A program made the translations under genes and the position numbers. Shown in pieces: positions 59,552 to 64,000 of a stretch of 64,000 nt of DNA; positions within the stretch are counted from its first letter, which is position 1, and each line of letters starts with the position of its first letter. The DNA comes from an uncultured Actinomycetes bacterium (GTDB taxonomy: Bacteria; Actinomycetota; UBA4738; HRBIN12): NCBI GenBank assembly GCA_963704885.1, contig CAVPIB010000004.1:544001-608000 (forward strand), in the 5' to 3' direction. The notes beneath the pieces are model-generated. The model saw nothing but the letters and a program-made list of their open reading frames with translations, made no database searches and had not been told where the DNA came from.

Positions 59552-60816
59552 GGGATGGTGACGAGCTCGCGTTCGCGCCGAACCTCGGCACCGAGCGCCT
59601 CGAGCTTCGTCTCGAAGTCCTCGTAGCCGCGGTCGAGATGCTCGATATCGGAGATCTCGGTCACACCGTCGGCGACCAGGCCGGCGATCACCAGCGCGGC
59701 GCCTGCCCGGATATCGAGCGCACGGACCGGCGCAGCCGAGAGCCGTGGCACGCCTCGGATCACGGCGTGGTGCCCCTCCGTACGGATATCTGCGCCCATC
59801 CGCTGGAGCTCGCCTACATATAGGAACCGGCCTTCGAAGACGTTCTCGGTGGCGATCGCCGTGCCGTCGGCAGTGGCCTGCATGGCCAGGAGGATCGGCT
59901 GGAAGTCGGTGGCGATGCCCGGGTATGGCAGCGTCACGAAGTCGACGGCGCGCGCCCGCGAGACCTGACGGATCCTCAGGCCCGCGTCGCTCATGGAGAT
60001 GTCGGCGCCCGCGTCGGCGAGCTTCGTCAGGAAGAGCTCCAGGTGCTCGGGCCGGGCGTTCTTGACCGTCACGTCGCCCTGCGTGGCGACTGCGGCGGCC
60101 GCCCACGTGCCGGCCTCGATCCGGTCTGCAACCGCCGTGTGATCTGCGGGCACCATCTCGTCGACGCCCTCGATCTCCATGGTGCTGGATCCAGCCCCTC
60201 GGATCTTGGCGCCCATCGAGACCAGGAAGCTGGCGACGTCCGCGATCTCAGGCTCGCGCGCGGCGTTGTCGATCGTGGTGATCCCTTCAGCGCGAACCGC
60301 CGCCATCATCAGGTTCTCGGTTGCGGTGACACTCGGGTAGTCCAGGGTGATCGCCGCCCCGAGGAGCCGGTCGGCCTCGGCGACCAGGAAGCCGTGCTCG
60401 GAACGGATCGAGACGCCCATCCGCTCCAGCCCTCGCACGTGAAGGTCCACGGGACGTGCTCCGATCTCATCGCCGCCCGGCATGGAGACGCGCGCGCGTC
60501 CGCAACGGGCTAGGAGCGGACCGAGCACCACGATCGAGGCTCGCATCTGACGGACCAACTCGTCGGGCGCTTCGACGTCATGCACCTCGCGCGCGTCGAG
60601 CTCGGCGACACCATCCTTCAACCGGACCCGCATACCGAAGTGTTCGAGCATCTCGGCCATGACGGCACAGTCTCGGATCCGCGGCACGTTACGTACGACG
60701 CTCGTTCCCGGAGCCAGGAGAGACGCCGCCATCAGCTTCAGCGCGGAGTTCTTCGCGCCGGAGACCCGCACAGAGCCCTCTAGGCGCGCACCACCGGTGA
60801 CGAACAGGCGATCCAT
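59548..60816 (-). CDS. murA: UDP-N-acetylglucosamine 1-carboxyvinyltransferase (Asp-type active site)
   Basis: [44 protein letters not shown]. Confidence 0.97.
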   Translation of the reverse strand: MDRLFVTGGARLEGSVRVSGAKNSALKLMAASLLAPGTSVVRNVPRIRDCAVMAEMLEHFGMRVRLKDGVAELDAREVHDVEAPDELVRQMRASIVVLGPLLARCGRARVSMPGGDEIGARPVDLHVRGLERMGVSIRSEHGFLVAEADRLLGAAITLDYPSVTATENLMMAAVRAEGITTIDNAAREPEIADVASFLVSMGAKIRGAGSSTMEIEGVDEMVPADHTAVADRIEAGTWAAAAVATQGDVTVKNARPEHLELFLTKLADAGADISMSDAGLRIRQVSRARAVDFVTLPYPGIATDFQPILLAMQATADGTAIATENVFEGRFLYVGELQRMGADIRTEGHHAVIRGVPRLSAAPVRALDIRAGAALVIAGLVADGVTEISDIEHLDRGYEDFETKLEALGAEVRRERELVTIP

Positions 60817-60889
60817 GGTCCGATGCTAACGCGGGGGAACGCACGGTCCGCGAAGAAGCCGTGACGTTTCGGTGGAGGACCTGAGCACG

Positions 60890-61294
60890 TCAGCCTGCGA
60901 GGTTGACGCGAGCGAGCGCCTTCTGAAGCTCGGCCTTCGCCGATGCGAGCTCGGCCTCGGCCAGAAGCGTGTCGTGGTTCTGCAGCCGCGCGACCGCTTG
61001 CCGCGCCGCCTCCACGTCGATCTCGTCCTTCAGCTCGGCGTACGAGGCCAACACATCCGCCCGGGTCACGCCTTCGTGCGTGCCGACGTGCATGAACCCC
61101 CCGTCCACCACGGCCTCGAGCCTCCCGCCGCCCTCGAGATCGATCTTCACGATCCCGATCGCCAGCTGCACCAGGAGCGGCGCATGACCGCCCAGGATCC
61201 CGACATCGCCGTCGACGCCGTGCGCGACCAACATCTCGGCCATGCCGACCCAAACCTCGCGTTCGGGGGTGACCAGATGGACCTCGAGCGCCAC
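60890..61294 (-). CDS. atpC: ATP synthase F1 epsilon
   Basis: LVTPER, GILGGHAP, GGFM; position after atpD. Confidence 0.95.
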   Translation of the reverse strand: MALEVHLVTPEREVWVGMAEMLVAHGVDGDVGILGGHAPLLVQLAIGIVKIDLEGGGRLEAVVDGGFMHVGTHEGVTRADVLASYAELKDEIDVEAARQAVARLQNHDTLLAEAELASAKAELQKALARVNLAG

Positions 61295-61297
61295 GGG

Positions 61298-62728
<1,431 letters not shown>

Positions 62729-63622
62729 TCATTCCTCCGATGCCGCGGCCAGGGCTTCCGCCCCGCCGACGATCTCCAGGATCTCGGTCGTGATCTCGTC
62801 CTGACGGGCGCGGTTGGCCTGTCGGACGTAGCGTTTGATCAGCTCCTCCGCGTTGTCGGTGGCGGCCTTCATGGCACGCCGCCGCGCGGCGTTCTCCGAC
62901 GCGGCCGACTCCAGGAGCGCCGCGTATACCTTCGTGATCAGGTATTGGGGAAGCAGGTGATCCAGGATCTGCGCCGGTTCCGGCTCGAACAGGTACTCGG
63001 CCGGCACGGTCCCGCCGCCGGAGCCCGTTACCTCCTCGGGCGCGATCGGCAGGAACCGCTTCGAGGTGGCCCGCAGCGTGAACGCCGAACGGAAGTCGGT
63101 ATAGGCGCAGTGCAGCTCGTCGATCTCTGAGTTCGCGAAGTCGTCGATCAGTCCCCGGCCGATCTCCTCGGCCTTCGCATATGGCGGAACCTCGCTGAAC
63201 CCCTGCCAAGAGGCCCGCATCGGGACCGCCCGGAACCGGAAGTAGCCGACGCCCTTCTTCCCGACCACGTAGACGACCGGCTCGACGCCCCGGCGACGGA
63301 CGCCAATCAGGATCTCCTCGGCGATCTTCAGGACGTTCGAGTTGTAGGAGCCGGCCAGGCCGCGGTCGGAAGTGACCACGAGCACGCCGACCTTAGTTAT
63401 GGTCTCCCGCTCCTCGAGCAACGGATGAACCATGGAGCTGGTCTGCCGGGCCACGTCCTCCATAGCCGCCGTCAGCTGAACCGCGTACGGCCGAGAGGAT
63501 TCGACCCGTTGCTGCGCCCGGAGGATGCGCGAGGACGCGATCAGCTCCATGGCCCGGGTGATCTTCCTGGTCGACTGGACCGACTTGATCCGTCGACGGA
63601 CGACGCGGAGCTGTGCGCCCAT
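62729..63622 (-). CDS. atpG: ATP synthase F1 gamma
   Basis: KITRAMELI, SDRGLAG, ATDNA, NRARQDEITTEI. Confidence 0.98.
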   Translation of the reverse strand: MGAQLRVVRRRIKSVQSTRKITRAMELIASSRILRAQQRVESSRPYAVQLTAAMEDVARQTSSMVHPLLEERETITKVGVLVVTSDRGLAGSYNSNVLKIAEEILIGVRRRGVEPVVYVVGKKGVGYFRFRAVPMRASWQGFSEVPPYAKAEEIGRGLIDDFANSEIDELHCAYTDFRSAFTLRATSKRFLPIAPEEVTGSGGGTVPAEYLFEPEPAQILDHLLPQYLITKVYAALLESAASENAARRRAMKAATDNAEELIKRYVRQANRARQDEITTEILEIVGGAEALAAASEE

Positions 63623-63625
63623 GGA

Positions 63626-64000
63626 CTATGTGGTCGCGGGCTCGTCGGGGCCGCTCGGCTCGTCCTCGTCCGCCGAGGACATCCGGTCCCAACCCACGTC
63701 CGGCTTCACTTCGTCCGGCGGGGTGGTCTCGCCGATCGCGGCCTCGGAGCCGACGCCCGTGGAGGTCGGCACGAACGTCGACCCGAAGGCCTGCAGTGCC
63801 TCCTTCAGCTTCGCCTCGGTCTCGTCGGACAGATCGCCCGTGTCCCGGATGGTGGACAAGATCTCGGGGTATCGCGTGTCCACGAAGTCGTTGAACGACG
63901 TGACGAAACGCTTCGCGTCCTCGATCGGGTAGACATCCAGGTAGCCGCCGGTGACCGCGTATATGGCCGTGACCTGTCGCTCGACCGGCTGCGGCTGGTA
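63626..64000 (-). CDS. atpA: ATP synthase F1 alpha, C-terminal part (truncated by window edge)
   Basis: YQPQPVERQV-IYAVTGGYLD; directly upstream of atpG. Confidence 0.93.
   Translation of the reverse strand, partial: YQPQPVERQVTAIYAVTGGYLDVYPIEDAKRFVTSFNDFVDTRYPEILSTIRDTGDLSDETEAKLKEALQAFGSTFVPTSTGVGSEAAIGETTPPDEVKPDVGWDRMSSADEDEPSGPDEPATT

Overview
High-GC bacterial chromosome segment, most consistent with an Actinomycetota genome (Nur-type regulator, Asp-type MurA, IcmA, many apparently leaderless genes); taxonomy is an inference. It is gene-dense (about 58 CDS, mostly minus strand) and contains core genes: atpA(partial)-atpG-atpD-atpC, murA, gatCAB, ligA, mnmA, serA, ilvE, etfBA and a pabB-pabC fusion. 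Accessory or uncharacterised modules: (1) ALDH / extradiol dioxygenase / amino-acid permease / PLP decarboxylase / MarR cluster (2986-8890), whose first gene seems to start at a non-canonical ACG; (2) an operator-controlled unit with a phytoene-dehydrogenase-like flavoprotein and two DmdA-like GcvT-family aminomethyltransferases, followed by tandem SAM methyltransferases (12585-18853), a candidate undescribed two-component demethylation system; (3) an MFS gene preceded by a uORF and an SD-sequestering structured leader (20188-20346); (4) a 1.6 kb cassette bounded by a 13/14 bp direct repeat, encoding a secreted protein and a metzincin-like protease with a frameshifted signal peptide (44660-46258); (5) nur + secreted His-containing protein + NiCoT transporter next to icmA-meaB. 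No rRNA, tRNA, CRISPR array, integrase or transposase was recognised. All functional calls come from motif recognition by eye; no database search was run.
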